From positions 29,326,001 to 29,390,000 of the forward strand of contig NC_083240.1 in NCBI RefSeq assembly GCF_032191835.1: 64,000 nt of DNA, in the 5' to 3' direction. Position numbers and translations under genes: made by a program. This document shows, in pieces, positions 45,124-55,679 of the stretch. The stretch is from Heteronotia binoei (taxonomy: Eukaryota). The first letter of the stretch is position 1. Each line of letters opens with the position of its first letter. A model generated the notes under the pieces. That model was not told the DNA's origin. It worked only from the letters and a program-made list of their open reading frames with translations, and searched no databases.

Positions 45124-45644
45124 CTCAGACTTGGCCTATCTTTCCGAATAGAAGACCTGGAACTTAACTGCCGTCCAACTAAGTTCTCCTTTTTCCCGCC
45201 ATATTCAAACGGTTCATCACGCCCTCCGAAGAGCTAGCCCCTCCCCTTTTCGGAATCACAAAGAGCTCTCGGACAAAAATAGAGAGACGTCCGGCTTTCA
45301 AACTTCCGGTTAGGGGAATGCCTCCATCAGCCGCCAAGCGGCTACTTCGAGGTCGCTCTAGCAATCACATCACTATGATGACAGGCTCGGGAAGGCCGTC
45401 GGCGCTGTATGAGTCTAGCCTCTTTCCCCATCTCTGGGTTTCTAAAGCGGCACCCGATTGGACGCGGAAAGGAAGCGAAAGTGAGGAGAAAGAAAGTGGG
45501 CGGCGCTGATTGGCTGCGCTGAGGCATGAAGCGGGAGGGGAGCGCTGCTGATTGGCTGCTCCTCCGGCCACTAGGTGTGTTGTTATTGGTCTACGTCGCG
45601 GTGGCGTAATCAGGTGGGAGAGGAGCCTCGGCGACGGCGCCAGG
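45124..45644. promoter_or_regulatory. MIS12/DERL2 bidirectional CpG-rich promoter
   Basis: Four ATTGG (CCAAT) boxes at 45457, 45509, 45551, 45585; E2F/YY1 TTTTCCCGCCATATT 45190-45204; TTCAAA (CHR) near 45204 and 45297; ETS ACTTCCGG near 45302. Confidence 0.8.
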
Positions 45645-45737
45645 ATGGCGTACCGGACCTTCCGCCAGGAGTACCTTCATATGCCTGTTGTCACCCGGGC
45701 CTACACTACCGCCTGTGTCCTCACAACCGCCGCCGTG
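45645..45737 (+). CDS. DERL2: DERL2 exon 1 (coding)
   Basis: aggATGG start; |GTgagt donor. Confidence 0.96.
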
Positions 45738-48700
45738 GTGAGTGAGGAGAGGGAGGGGTCTGGCTTCTGGACCCTGGTTAGGGTTTGCATGTGCCCCCCA
45801 TTGGCCTTTCACCAGGGCAGCCCTTGGGTCGGGCTAGTTTGCATAGTACAGTCCAAGGGGTGGCTAAACTGCGGCTCAGGAGCCACACTCTTTCAGATAA
45901 ATTGTGTGGCTCTCAAAGCTCCTCCCATTGGCTAGCTTAGAGAAGGCATTTGTCTCTTTAAAGCACTTTGCCAAGCCAGGTGGAAGCTTGGAAAATGCAT
46001 TTAAAGTTGCTTTCTTTCCACCTTCATATTCCTTCCTTCCTTGAAACATCTGATGTTAATGGCATGTGGCTCTCAAACATCTGACGTTTATTCTATGTGG
46101 CTCTTACATTAAGCAATTGTACTACAATCCTTTATGCTGGGCCAGGCTTTGGGAAGGAGACTAATGAGTATATGCTTACCTCATGCATACCTCATGCTCC
46201 CTGCCCCACCCTGGGGATCCCACTGCCAGGGTTTGGGTGGAGAGACTGATTTGCATATATTAGTTTATATTTGCATAATACCTCACCTGTCAGGTGGTGG
46301 GCAGGAATTTTATAACTCCACACATAACCTTGATTTTTTTTTGTTCTTTCCAGCCCTCCAGGTCTTGTTGTGAATGTGTATGTCTGTCCCTAGTGTGGCT
46401 CTGCTTAAATATTGTACAGCTGTCATGGCTAACGACTCTTTATTTATTTTTAATCTCTTTAAGTCACTTGTCTGCTAAGGCAAGTGAAGTGACCTACAGT
46501 AATCATTCCAGTCCAGAGTGTGTGCGTTTGTACAAATCCCTATATTAGGCCACAGTTATCCTTCCCTTTTGCCACTCCTTTACATCAGGGGTCCCCAAGC
46601 CCCAGTCCATGGCCTGTTAGCAACCGGGCTGTGAGTTGTATAATTATTTCATTATATATTACAATGTAGTAATAATAATAAGAAGACATGGAATGTATAT
46701 CCTGTCCTCCACTCTGAATCTCAGAGTGATTCACAATCTCCTTTACCTTCCTCCCACAACAGAAACCCTGTGAGGTGGGGGTGGGGACTGAGAGAGCTCT
46801 GACAGAAGCTGCCCTTTCAAGGACAACCTCTGCCAGAGCTATGGCTGACTCAAGGCCATTCCAGCAGCTGCAAGTGGAGGAGTGGGGAATAAAACCTGGT
46901 TCTCCCACATAAGAATCTGTGCACTTCACCACCACACCAAACTAATAGAAATAAAGTGCACAATTGTATCATCCAGAAACCAACCCCCCAGTCCGTGGAA
47001 AAATTGTCTTCCACAAAACTGGTCCCCGGGGCCAAAAAGGTTGGGGACCACTGCTTTACATGACTAGTTTTAGTTCGCCTCGGTGTGTATATAAATGAAC
47101 TTGCACTGGATAAACAACATACAATGTTGTTATAACTCAAAAGTTATCTCACATTCTTTGTATGCATTATCTCCAGAATCTTTGCAACAGCCCTTTAGTT
47201 AGATTGGTGTTATATTATAATAGTGAAGAACTGAGAGGGATAATAGACAGTGGTTTGCTAAAAGCCCCCCTGGTAAATTCATGGTAGAGAAGCTTTGAAC
47301 AATTAACTTCCTGCATCACAATTTGACTTCTTAGTCACAATTCTGTGTTGCCTCTCTGTTGCTAATGTAGCATAAGGTTGTAGATTTGTAGTCATATCCT
47401 CTTTGTTCTAATTGAAACTGAGTCCCATTCAATTGCAGCCTTAACAAGACTGTAAGATTACTCAGAGGTAAAGTCCCAGAAGCTAAGTACATGCTTGCTG
47501 CCTTACAGCACAGTCCTAAATGGAGTGTACACTTGTGTGCAAATAGAAGTTAGTGGACTTAGAAGGATGTAACTCAATTTAGGATTGCACTGTTGATCTA
47601 ACTCAGTATTGTCCACTGACACTGGATCTTCATGGTCTTCTTTTAGTTTGTAGAGAGCTCCTTGGTTCAGAGAATAGGTTCTAGCAGTGTGCTCAAAAGA
47701 TCAGCATCACTACACTGTCAGACTTTGACTTTTGTATGCTTATCTCTTTCAGCAATTAGAATTAATCACACCATTTCAGCTATACTTCAATCCGGAATTA
47801 ATATTTAAACACTATCAAGTAAGTGCCTGTCTATCTTTTTAGTAAGTCATTGCTCCTTAAAGAGTGTTTAAACTTAACCTGCTCAACATAAGGTCACTGC
47901 TATTTTCAACAGGTGGAGACAAGAAATAGCTCTCTGTTAGGGGATGCTTTGGTATTGCTACCAATTGCAATGGTTTGGTTGCAGGTGGGAGGCAGACATG
48001 AGCTCAGCAGAAGTGCTGTATATGTCACGTGTGATTTATTATCTGACATTAGTGATCAATAGGGTTGGTTGTCATCAGTATGCATATTCCAGTCTCTGTG
48101 GGGGTCTCTTCCTCGCTTCCCAAAATACACCATTATGAAAAAGTAACATCAGAAGTGTGGCAATCAAATATTTTCGGTGCTGAAAAAGTTGGAGAACTGG
48201 AGAAATAATTGCTTCAGCATGAAAACCTAGTGTTTTGGGAAAACTTCACTGCCTTTTATACTGTGTAGTTGACCATATGGTATGTTGTAGGACTAAGGTA
48301 TCTTGCAAGCAGTGATGACAGTGACCACATATAGTTGGGTCTGGAGACCTAGCATGAAGTTGGGTGGTACAGGTGTATTGCGCTATGTTGTACACCTTAA
48401 AAGTAGAGCTACCACCAAGTTAAAGAAATGTTAATTTCTTTAAATCTGTTTAAATTAGCATGGGCCCAAAAACAGTAACAGTAAAGACAGTGCAATCCTA
48501 GACAGACTTACACCACTCAAAGCCTATTGATTTTAGCAGACTTAGAAGGGTGTAGCTCTGTTTAGGGTTGCCTGGTAGATGGATTTCTTTTTAGAGAGGA
48601 TGCTCTATAGGATGGGATGCTTCTTGTAAGTTTGCTCTCTGCAGTTCTTAAGCAAGCACTTGTATTAATAGATATCGAAAAACTTAAAATCTGCAGCCTG

Positions 48701-51700
48701 ACCAATCAAGCCAATCCAAGTGTTTTTGGGTCAACTAAATCACTGGAAAATAGCAGGCATTGTTCTTACAGGCTGTCAAAAGTAGTGGATATTTCCTTGG
48801 CTGTTTATACCCTATGTTTCATCCCAGTGGGAACCCCAAACATAATATCCTTCCTCCATTTTATCCTCCCAACTTCCCTGTGAAGTAGTTTAGGCCAAGA
48901 GAAAGTGACTGGCCCAAGGTCAACCAGTGAACTTCAGTGGCAGCATGGAAATGTGAACCTGGATCTCCCAGTTCCTAGTCTAGCACTCTTAACCATGGTA
49001 CCGCACTGGACTGTGCTTACTGACTGAAAATAGAGATGCTAGTTTTCAGGTTTGGGTGCAGACCATAGCATCTACCTTGGAAGAAACCCTGCTTTTCAAA
49101 TGGGAGGACTCACCATTGTTCTGTCAGAAAGAAAAGACTTACGTGCATGCTTAGAAGTACTTTCCATTAACTGTATCACACCTGTTTAAAGAAATGGGCA
49201 TGCCCAAAGATGGGAAGGTGATATTAAATGGATAAGACTAAAAGCAGAGTGTGGGCTTACTAGATCAAGATCAACTGTGCCTATAAGAAAGGCTTTCCCC
49301 CCTTACATTGCCAGTTTCAGATTTCTTGAGGTCAGGAGCAGAGTTTGCCATGCTGCTAGGCAGACAAAACGAAACCCTTTTTAAATATGACGTGATGTTG
49401 TTTGTTTAAACTCATCTGTGATTTCTTCTAGCTGTGAGTTCAACAATCACATTCAGATAACTACTCATTTTGTCTTCCAGGTATGGAGGCTGATTACCAA
49501 CTTCCTTTTCTTTGGACCAGTTGGATTTAATTTTTTATTTAATATGATATTTTTGTATCCTTTTTTTAAAAGCTTGATTTAAATCTCATTCTCTTTTCCT
49601 CCAGTTTGTGTTCATGAAAACCTAAACATGTTCACAACAACGTAAAATTTAGGAAGAACTTCCTGACAGAGTGGTTCCTCAGTGGAACAGGCTTCCTCGG
49701 GAGGTGGTGCCCCCCCTTTTTAAACAGAGGCTAGATGGCCATCTGACAGTGATGCTGACTCGGTGAACTTAGGCAGATCATGAGAAAGAGGTCAGGGGGA
49801 GGTAACTGTGAATTTCATGTATTGTGCAAGAAGTTGGACGAGATGATCCTGGGGTACCCTCCAGTTCTGTGATTCTATGATCCCTGTGAGGTATGTTTAG
49901 TCTGAGCTTGTAACTAGCCCAGAGTTATCCAACAAGCTTCCATGGCAGAGTGGGGATTCAGATTCTACACTGGCATAACACTGCCTCTTGTTTAATCATA
50001 GAATGAGCCTCACATGCCCCCCTCCTTCTATTCAATCTGTAGATTGCCCACTTTGTAAGGAAGCAAAGCTTATCACGAAGTCGTCATAACCAGGAATCAG
50101 AGTCTAGATAGAACATGCTTTAAAAAGCAGGAGTGCAGCCTCTGGAGTCTTATCTGTCCATTTTCTGTTGAACATAATGACACACTATAGTGTGATCAGA
50201 GGTATCTCCATTTGCTGACTTAACATTCATATGAAACTTCTCTCCTCCCCCCCCCCATCTGATATATGAAACCTTGTTGTTAAAAAAAACAAACCCTTGA
50301 GATCCATTATGCAGTCTCTGTGTTTATCTGGCATTGAGAATTTTCCTGACCTTCAAACCTCAGATACCGCTACTGTCGAATGCTGGAGGAAGGATCGTTC
50401 CGAGGTCGGACAGCAGACTTCGTTTTTATGTTCTTTTTTGGTGGCCTGTTAATGACTGTATCCTTTTCCTGTTTTAGCTGAAAGTTAGGAAGCCCCACAA
50501 GAGTGCCTGAAGAAATCATTTTGAGATTCATTTTCTTCAGATCGTTTCCCAAGGAATAGAGAAATTTCTTTCCTTACGGAGAAAATCATAACGGACAAGA
50601 TTCCTTACACCCTAAAACCACTTGTCTGCCATTTCTTGATTGTTCACTGCAATGTGTAGTTGCGGGAGGGTTCTGGGTAGTTCTTTAGGTTCTGTTTTAA
50701 ACTGATGCAGGCCAAGGCCAACCCCAGAAGGTTTGCTCCTTGTCTCAGAATCAGATGAGGTTCCTTTGCAGAAATGCTTATATGGAAAAGAGTTCTATGG
50801 AAGTCGAGCTTCTGAAGTCAGAAAGTTATAAATATGGAATGAGAACACACAAACCCTGCTTGATCAGACCAGCAATGTGACTTGCATCCTGGTTAATCTT
50901 AGGGGAGAGGCCGTGGCTCTGTGATAGAGCATTTGCTTAGTGTTCAGAAAGACCCAGGTTCGATCCCTGGCATCCCCAGCTAAAAGATTCAGACAGTACA
51001 TGATGTGAAAGACTTTGGAGACCCTAGAAAGTGGCTGCCAGTCAGAGTAAGCAATATCGAAAACAGAGCAAGGGTCTGACTCAATAGAAGGCAGCTTCAT
51101 GTGTTCCTCTGGTTTCTTGTAGCCAAACTGTTGTCCTTGAGAAGGCCACAAGTACAGCACGGAAGCAACAGCTCTCCCCTCCCCCCCCCAATCGCTCTTC
51201 ACTAATGTACTGCCAGACTTCAGGATTCCATTTCATTATCAAGGCTGGTAGCTACTGATAGGCCATGAATTTGTCTAGCTCCTTTTGTAAGCCATTGGCC
51301 TGAACTTGCCCTGATGAATTCCCTAAGCTCACTACAGGCTGCATGAAGAAGCGTTTTGGATCTGTTCTGTGATCTCCCATAAGTACCAAAACGTTAAGCT
51401 GGATTTAAGAACATCCTCTTCTGAGTTAAAATGGAAGGGTTTTGAGGATGGAAAATGAGAGCAGAGAAGCAGCTGTAAACCATAATTTGTGTTTTCAGTT
51501 GTTCAGAAACACCAGCCATAATTTGGTTTTTAAAAATGAGTTAGCACAAACTGTGGCTTTGCGTGACTTAAGTCCTTGTCTTTTAGGTTAGGGTTTTGTG
51601 ATGATGTGGAAGGAATAGAAGAGAGTAGTCATACCTCTCAGTTGGCTTTTATCTTTCTGGGGGATTCAGATTTTAAAAGTACAACAGGGCTTTCTCAGTG

Positions 51701-54700
51701 TTCTCAAGAGCACCAGGATAATTCTTGTTGTAGTTACACTTTGTTTTTTCTTTTGTTATCTGCTTTATGGATCCCCATAGGTGGAAATACTTTGAATAAA
51801 TACAGAGAGAGTATCTGGGGTGCCTATGGTCATACCACCTTGAACATGCCTGATCTCGTCTGATCTTGGAATGAGTATTTGAGCCAGGACCAGTTCTTTC
51901 CTCGCTGCTGAGATGTTGCTAAATGCTTTTTCTTTGACAGCTTCTCCACCAGATATTTGGCTTGTTTGTCAACTTGGTTTTCTTAGGGCAGGCGTTCACA
52001 ATAATGCTGGTGTATATCTGGAGCCGCCGGAACCCTTTTGTCCGCATGAATTTCTTTGGGCTTCTCATCTTCCAGGCCCCATTCCTTCCTTGGATTCTCA
52101 TGGGGTTTTCACTGTTATTGGGCAACTCGATTATCGTGGATCTCCTGGGTAAGCCAATTATGATCATCTTGACATTCTTAGGACCCCCCAGAATTCTTTT
52201 GCTTTTAAAATTTATTTTGTTGACTCCATTTATCCCCCGCCTTTCTCTCTAAAGAAGCTCACATTGTTCTTGCTGCCATTTTATCCTCACAACAACCCTA
52301 TGAGGTAGGTTCAGCTTCCATGGCCAAGTATAATTCGAACCCAGGTCTCCCGGATCCTAGTCCTAACATTCCGACCACTGCACCACACTGGCTCACAAGA
52401 TGGGCACTTGCCGTTTCAAAGCCTGGATTCACCAGAGGGTTGTTTTATACCTCGTGCTACAGTGTTGAAGGAGAGAAATGAAGCAAAATCCAAAGATGTT
52501 CTTCATCCGATTTGACCCATTGTGGGAGCATGAGAACTACTAAAGCAGATACTGTAGCTTTGTAGGAATTATTGCACACATTTACAGACCACTAACTGCT
52601 GTTTTCCATCCACTTTTTTTTTGTTTGTTGTTGCAGTTCTACCCCAAGACAATGCTTTGGGTAGAAATTACAGTGGCTGTGTTTCCCAAAGGCAGAATCT
52701 TAAAAAGGTCTCTCTTCCCCTCCTCCTTGACTTTAGGTATTGCTGTAGGCCATATATATTTCTTCTTAGAAGATGTTTTCCCCAATCAACCTGGCGGAGG
52801 AAGGCTGCTCAAAACACCATCTATTCTGTAAGTATCTTCCTTTGTGGCTGTTGCCCAAAACTATATTTGGAGGTACAAATGCCTGCCATGTTGTTCACAT
52901 GTTATTGGAACCAAGTAAAGAGGCATGATATTTTGCAGCTTAAAAGCCAAGAAGGGCTAGAATGTTCAGTAGTACATATCTAAAGCATGGCCTCTGGAGA
53001 CAAGACCCTGCTAAGAACATCAGGCCAGTGGCCCATCCAGTCCAGCATTGTGTCACACAATGGCCAAAACTAATCAGGAGGTCCACCAGCAGGGCCAGAA
53101 TTTCAGAAGCTCTCCCACTGCCCCCCCCCCCAAGCACCAGGAATACAGAGCCCCAGAAATGGTGTTTCATCTAAATGTTGTGGCTAATAGCCACTGATGG
53201 ACTACATATGTTTATCCAGTCCCCTCTTGAAGCTGTCCATGCTTGTAGCCGCCACCACCTCCTGTGGCAGTGAATTCCACATGTTAATTACTCTTTGGGT
53301 GAAATACTTCCTTTTATCTGTTCTAAGCCAACTTCTCATTAATTTCATTGAATGCCCACAAGTTCTTGTATTACTAGAAAGGGATAAAAGTACTTCTCTA
53401 CTTTCTGCATCCTATGCATAATTTTGTAAACTTCTGTCATGTCACCCCTCAGTCATCATTTCTCCAAGCTAAAGCTCCCATCTTAGCCTCTTTTAATACA
53501 GGTGTTCCATCTCCTTAATCATTTTAGTTGCCCTTTTCCTGCACCTTTTCCAATGCTATCTTTTTTGAGGTGCAGTGACCAGAACTGTACACAGTATTCC
53601 AAACTCCTGGGAATCCTAGTATAATCATATAGCTAGTACAGCAATTCATAGAATCATAGAGTTGGAAGGGATCTCCAGGGTCTAGTCCAACCCCCTGCAC
53701 AATGCGGGAAACTTACAAACACCTCCCCCTAAATTCACAGGATCTTCATCGCTATCAGATGGCCATCTAGCCTCTGTTTAAAAACCTCCAAGGAAGGAGA
53801 GCCCACCACCTCCTGGGGAAGTCTGTTCACTGAGAGCCAGTTTGGTGTACTGGTTAAGTGTGCGGACTCTTATCTGGGAGAACCGGGTTTGATTCCCCAC
53901 CCCTCCACTTACACCTGCTAGCATGGCCTTGGGTCAGCCATAGCTCTGGCAGAGGTTGTCCTTGAAAGGGCAGCTGCTGTGAGAGCCCTCTCAGCCCCAC
54001 CCACCTCACAGGGTGTCTGTTTTGGGGGAGGAAGGTAAAGGAGATTGTGAGCCGTTCTGAGACTCTTTGGAGTGGAGGGTGGGATATAAATCCAATATCA
54101 TCTTCTTCTGATGTTGAACCGGAAACTCTTCTGATTTAATTTCAACCGATTGGTTCTGGTCCTACCTTCTGGGGCCACAGAATTTGTTTCTGTTCATTGT
54201 AAAACCAGAGCAGACAGATGGGTTTATAGAGGAGAAGATGGACTTGTCCCATCCCCTTTTTTGTTTGTTTTGGCTGTCAATTTGCAACCAAGTTATGGAG
54301 ATTCCACATTTTCAAGTCAAGAGACAAACAGAGGTAGTTTGCCACCACCTTGACTTCCTTGGTGGTCTCCCATCCAAGTACTGACCAGGGCTGACCCTGC
54401 TTAGCGTCCAGAATGTGATGAGATCAGGCTAGCCTGGGATTATCTTACCCTCCTCACAATACCGAATAGGAGCTGCTCAGCTGGGCAGTTTCTGGGCTTT
54501 GATCTCTGATTCCTTCCCCACCCACCATGGTTACCCTTTGTCAATTGCCTATCAACAGTTGTCACTGGATGACACAACCCAGCAAAAATGTAAACACCTT
54601 TATTGCCAGTACAGTGAGACTGCTGCTGAGTCTAGCATACTTTGGTAAGCATCCAAGGCCATGTGAAAAAAAAACTATGGCCCTGAATTTCTCATGCCAC

Positions 54701-55285
54701 CGGCAGCTCGTGGTTTAGAAGGCCGTATGAGCTGCTGTGGTTTAGCTAATGTGCTTATATTATCACCATACATTGTCCTGGCCATAGAAACGGTCTGAAG
54801 AATGCATGATATAGCTGCAGCTTAGAAGCTAATCAGTTGTGGAGTCCCATGGCGGAAAGTGAGGCTGCGGAACTTTTATGTTCTTAAAAACCTCAGGTTG
54901 GTCAGCAAATAGCTCTTTATTCTGAAATTATTACATTTGGGGGTTGGGAGGTTCCTTTATAGTCTGCATTACAAAAAGAGAAGACAATGCAATTAATAAG
55001 GGCCAGCACTGTATTGGATACAGCATTTAGAAATGATTTTCTTTTCTAGAAAGTGATTAGAAGCCTTAGACAAAAAATAAGATGAAAAAAAAATCCCTTG
55101 TAAAACCAGAGGCTATCAAGGAATGTAAAGTTTATTTCTCTCTGAACACTCATGTCTTAAAATGATGTCTGTTTCCTAGGAAAATAATATTTGATTCACC
55201 AGAAGATGATCCCAATTACAACCCTCTGCCTGAAGAACGGCCAGGCGGCTTTGACTGGGGTGAAGGTCAGCGCCTTGGAGGCTGA
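45645..55285 (+). CDS. DERL2: Derlin-2; join(45645..45737,47753..47818,49481..49554,50364..50457,51953..52148,52737..52827,55180..55285), 720 nt, 239 aa
   Basis: [92 protein letters not shown].../WSRRNP../..[25 protein letters not shown]. Confidence 0.98.
45856..46115 (-). mobile_element. hAT MITE family C, truncated
   Basis: aggggtggctaaactg...atgtggctctcaaacatctga..tttattctatgtggctctt. Confidence 0.8.
46586..47053 (+). mobile_element. MER1/Charlie3-like hAT MITE interrupted by a SINE
   Basis: TIRs caggggtccccaa / ttggggaccactg; exact TSD ctttacat; internal GAGTTGTATAATTATTTCATTATATATTACAATG and GTCCGTGGAAAAATTGTCTTCCAC. Confidence 0.85.
46672..46943 (-). mobile_element. SINE family B nested in the MER1-like MITE
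   Basis: Inserted in the (AAT)n run of the MITE. Confidence 0.85.
47753..47818 (+). CDS. DERL2: DERL2 exon 2
   Basis: [22 protein letters not shown]. Confidence 0.96.
49481..49554 (+). CDS. DERL2: DERL2 exon 3
   Basis: [24 protein letters not shown]; followed by a U12 donor. Confidence 0.96.
49555..50363 (+). other. DERL2: U12-type (minor spliceosome) GT-AG intron 3 of DERL2
   Basis: Donor GTATCCTTT; branch TTTTCCTGAC with A at 50349, 14 nt before the 3' end. Confidence 0.92.
49620..49880 (+). mobile_element. CR1 3' end within U12 intron 3
   Basis: aggaagaacttcctgacagag...ttttaaacagaggctagatggccatct...tctgtgattctatgat. Confidence 0.8.
50364..50457 (+). CDS. DERL2: DERL2 exon 4
   Basis: [31 protein letters not shown]. 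Confidence 0.96.
50905..51105 (+). mobile_element. Squam3-like SINE within U12 intron 4
   Basis: ggggagaggccgtggctctgtgatagagc...ggttcgatccc...ggcagcttcatgtgtt. Confidence 0.8.
51822..51871 (+). pseudogene. 5' half (50 nt) of a 5S rRNA pseudogene
   Basis: GCCTATGGTCATACCACCTTGAACATGCCTGATCTCGTCTGATCTTGGAA aligns to vertebrate 5S nt 1-50 with mostly CpG-type changes. Confidence 0.85.
51953..52148 (+). CDS. DERL2: DERL2 exon 5
   Basis: [47 protein letters not shown]...VDLLG. Confidence 0.96.
52737..52827 (+). CDS. DERL2: DERL2 exon 6
   Basis: [29 protein letters not shown]. Confidence 0.96.
52990..53610 (-). mobile_element. CR1 LINE 3' fragment (same family as 40640-41255)
   Basis: taagaacatcaggccagtggcccatccagtcc...gtggctaatagccactgatggac...aagctgtccatgcttgtagccgccaccacctcctgtggcagtgaattccac. 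Confidence 0.88.
53645..54185 (-). mobile_element. Second CR1 family 3' end, interrupted by a SINE (53834-54109); another copy at 56775-56945
   Basis: catagaatcatagagttggaaggg...; resumes at atgttgaaccggaaactctt. Confidence 0.8.
53834..54109 (+). mobile_element. SINE family B, well preserved
   Basis: A/B boxes and (TTC)n tail. Confidence 0.88.
55180..55285 (+). CDS. DERL2: DERL2 exon 7 (last coding)
   Basis: [37 protein letters not shown] (SHP-box region). Confidence 0.96.
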
Positions 55286-55673
55286 ACAGAGAAAGCCTTG
55301 TCGATAGCCAGATTCTTCCGGGAGAGACTAAGCTAGAGAACCATGCTGGAGATCCTTGTGAGAGGAACAGAAGTTTTCTGAAGGCTTTTCTGATCTGAGC
55401 ATATGAAGCACTTTTTAAATTTTGAACAAAAAGTGTTCTTATTGTAAGACATTCGTCTTCACACATTCATACTTCTGGGGGCTTTTGCTGCATTGGCTGG
55501 TTACAGACTGAATTATCTAAACAGAGCCAAGAATAACTGCAAATGCACCTTCTTGTCAACCCTCAAGTTAACAAGATCATCAGTACTTTGTGTAAAAAAA
55601 TGATATTTCTTAAGTTTTTCCCCCCAAAAAATGTATTTGATACAAGGGACTGAATGGAAAACTTCAGAAGGGG

Positions 55674-55679
55674 AATAAA
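55674..55679 (+). terminator. Candidate DERL2 poly(A) signal AATAAA
   Basis: Canonical hexamer 390 nt after the stop followed by a T-rich downstream element. Confidence 0.55.

Larger units (their letters stand above)
50458..51952 (+). other. DERL2: U12-type GT-AG intron 4 of DERL2
   Basis: Donor GTATCCTTT; branch-like TTTCTTTGAC with A at 51937, 15 nt before the 3' end. Confidence 0.88.

Noticed and set aside
52722-52736. TCCTTGAC (U12 branch-like) before DERL2 exon 6
   Set aside because: Only ~6 nt from the AG and the intron donor is U2-type GTAAGC; treated as U2 intron
40640-53610. Inverted same-family CR1 copies as cause of the gene-order inversion
   Set aside because: They lie inside RPAIN intron 6 and DERL2 intron 6; recombination between them would break both genes, and both are intact
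54700-54760. Small hairpin GCAGCTC...GAGCTGC as snoRNA/miRNA
   Set aside because: Only ~9-bp stem, no H/ACA or C/D boxes in the right places
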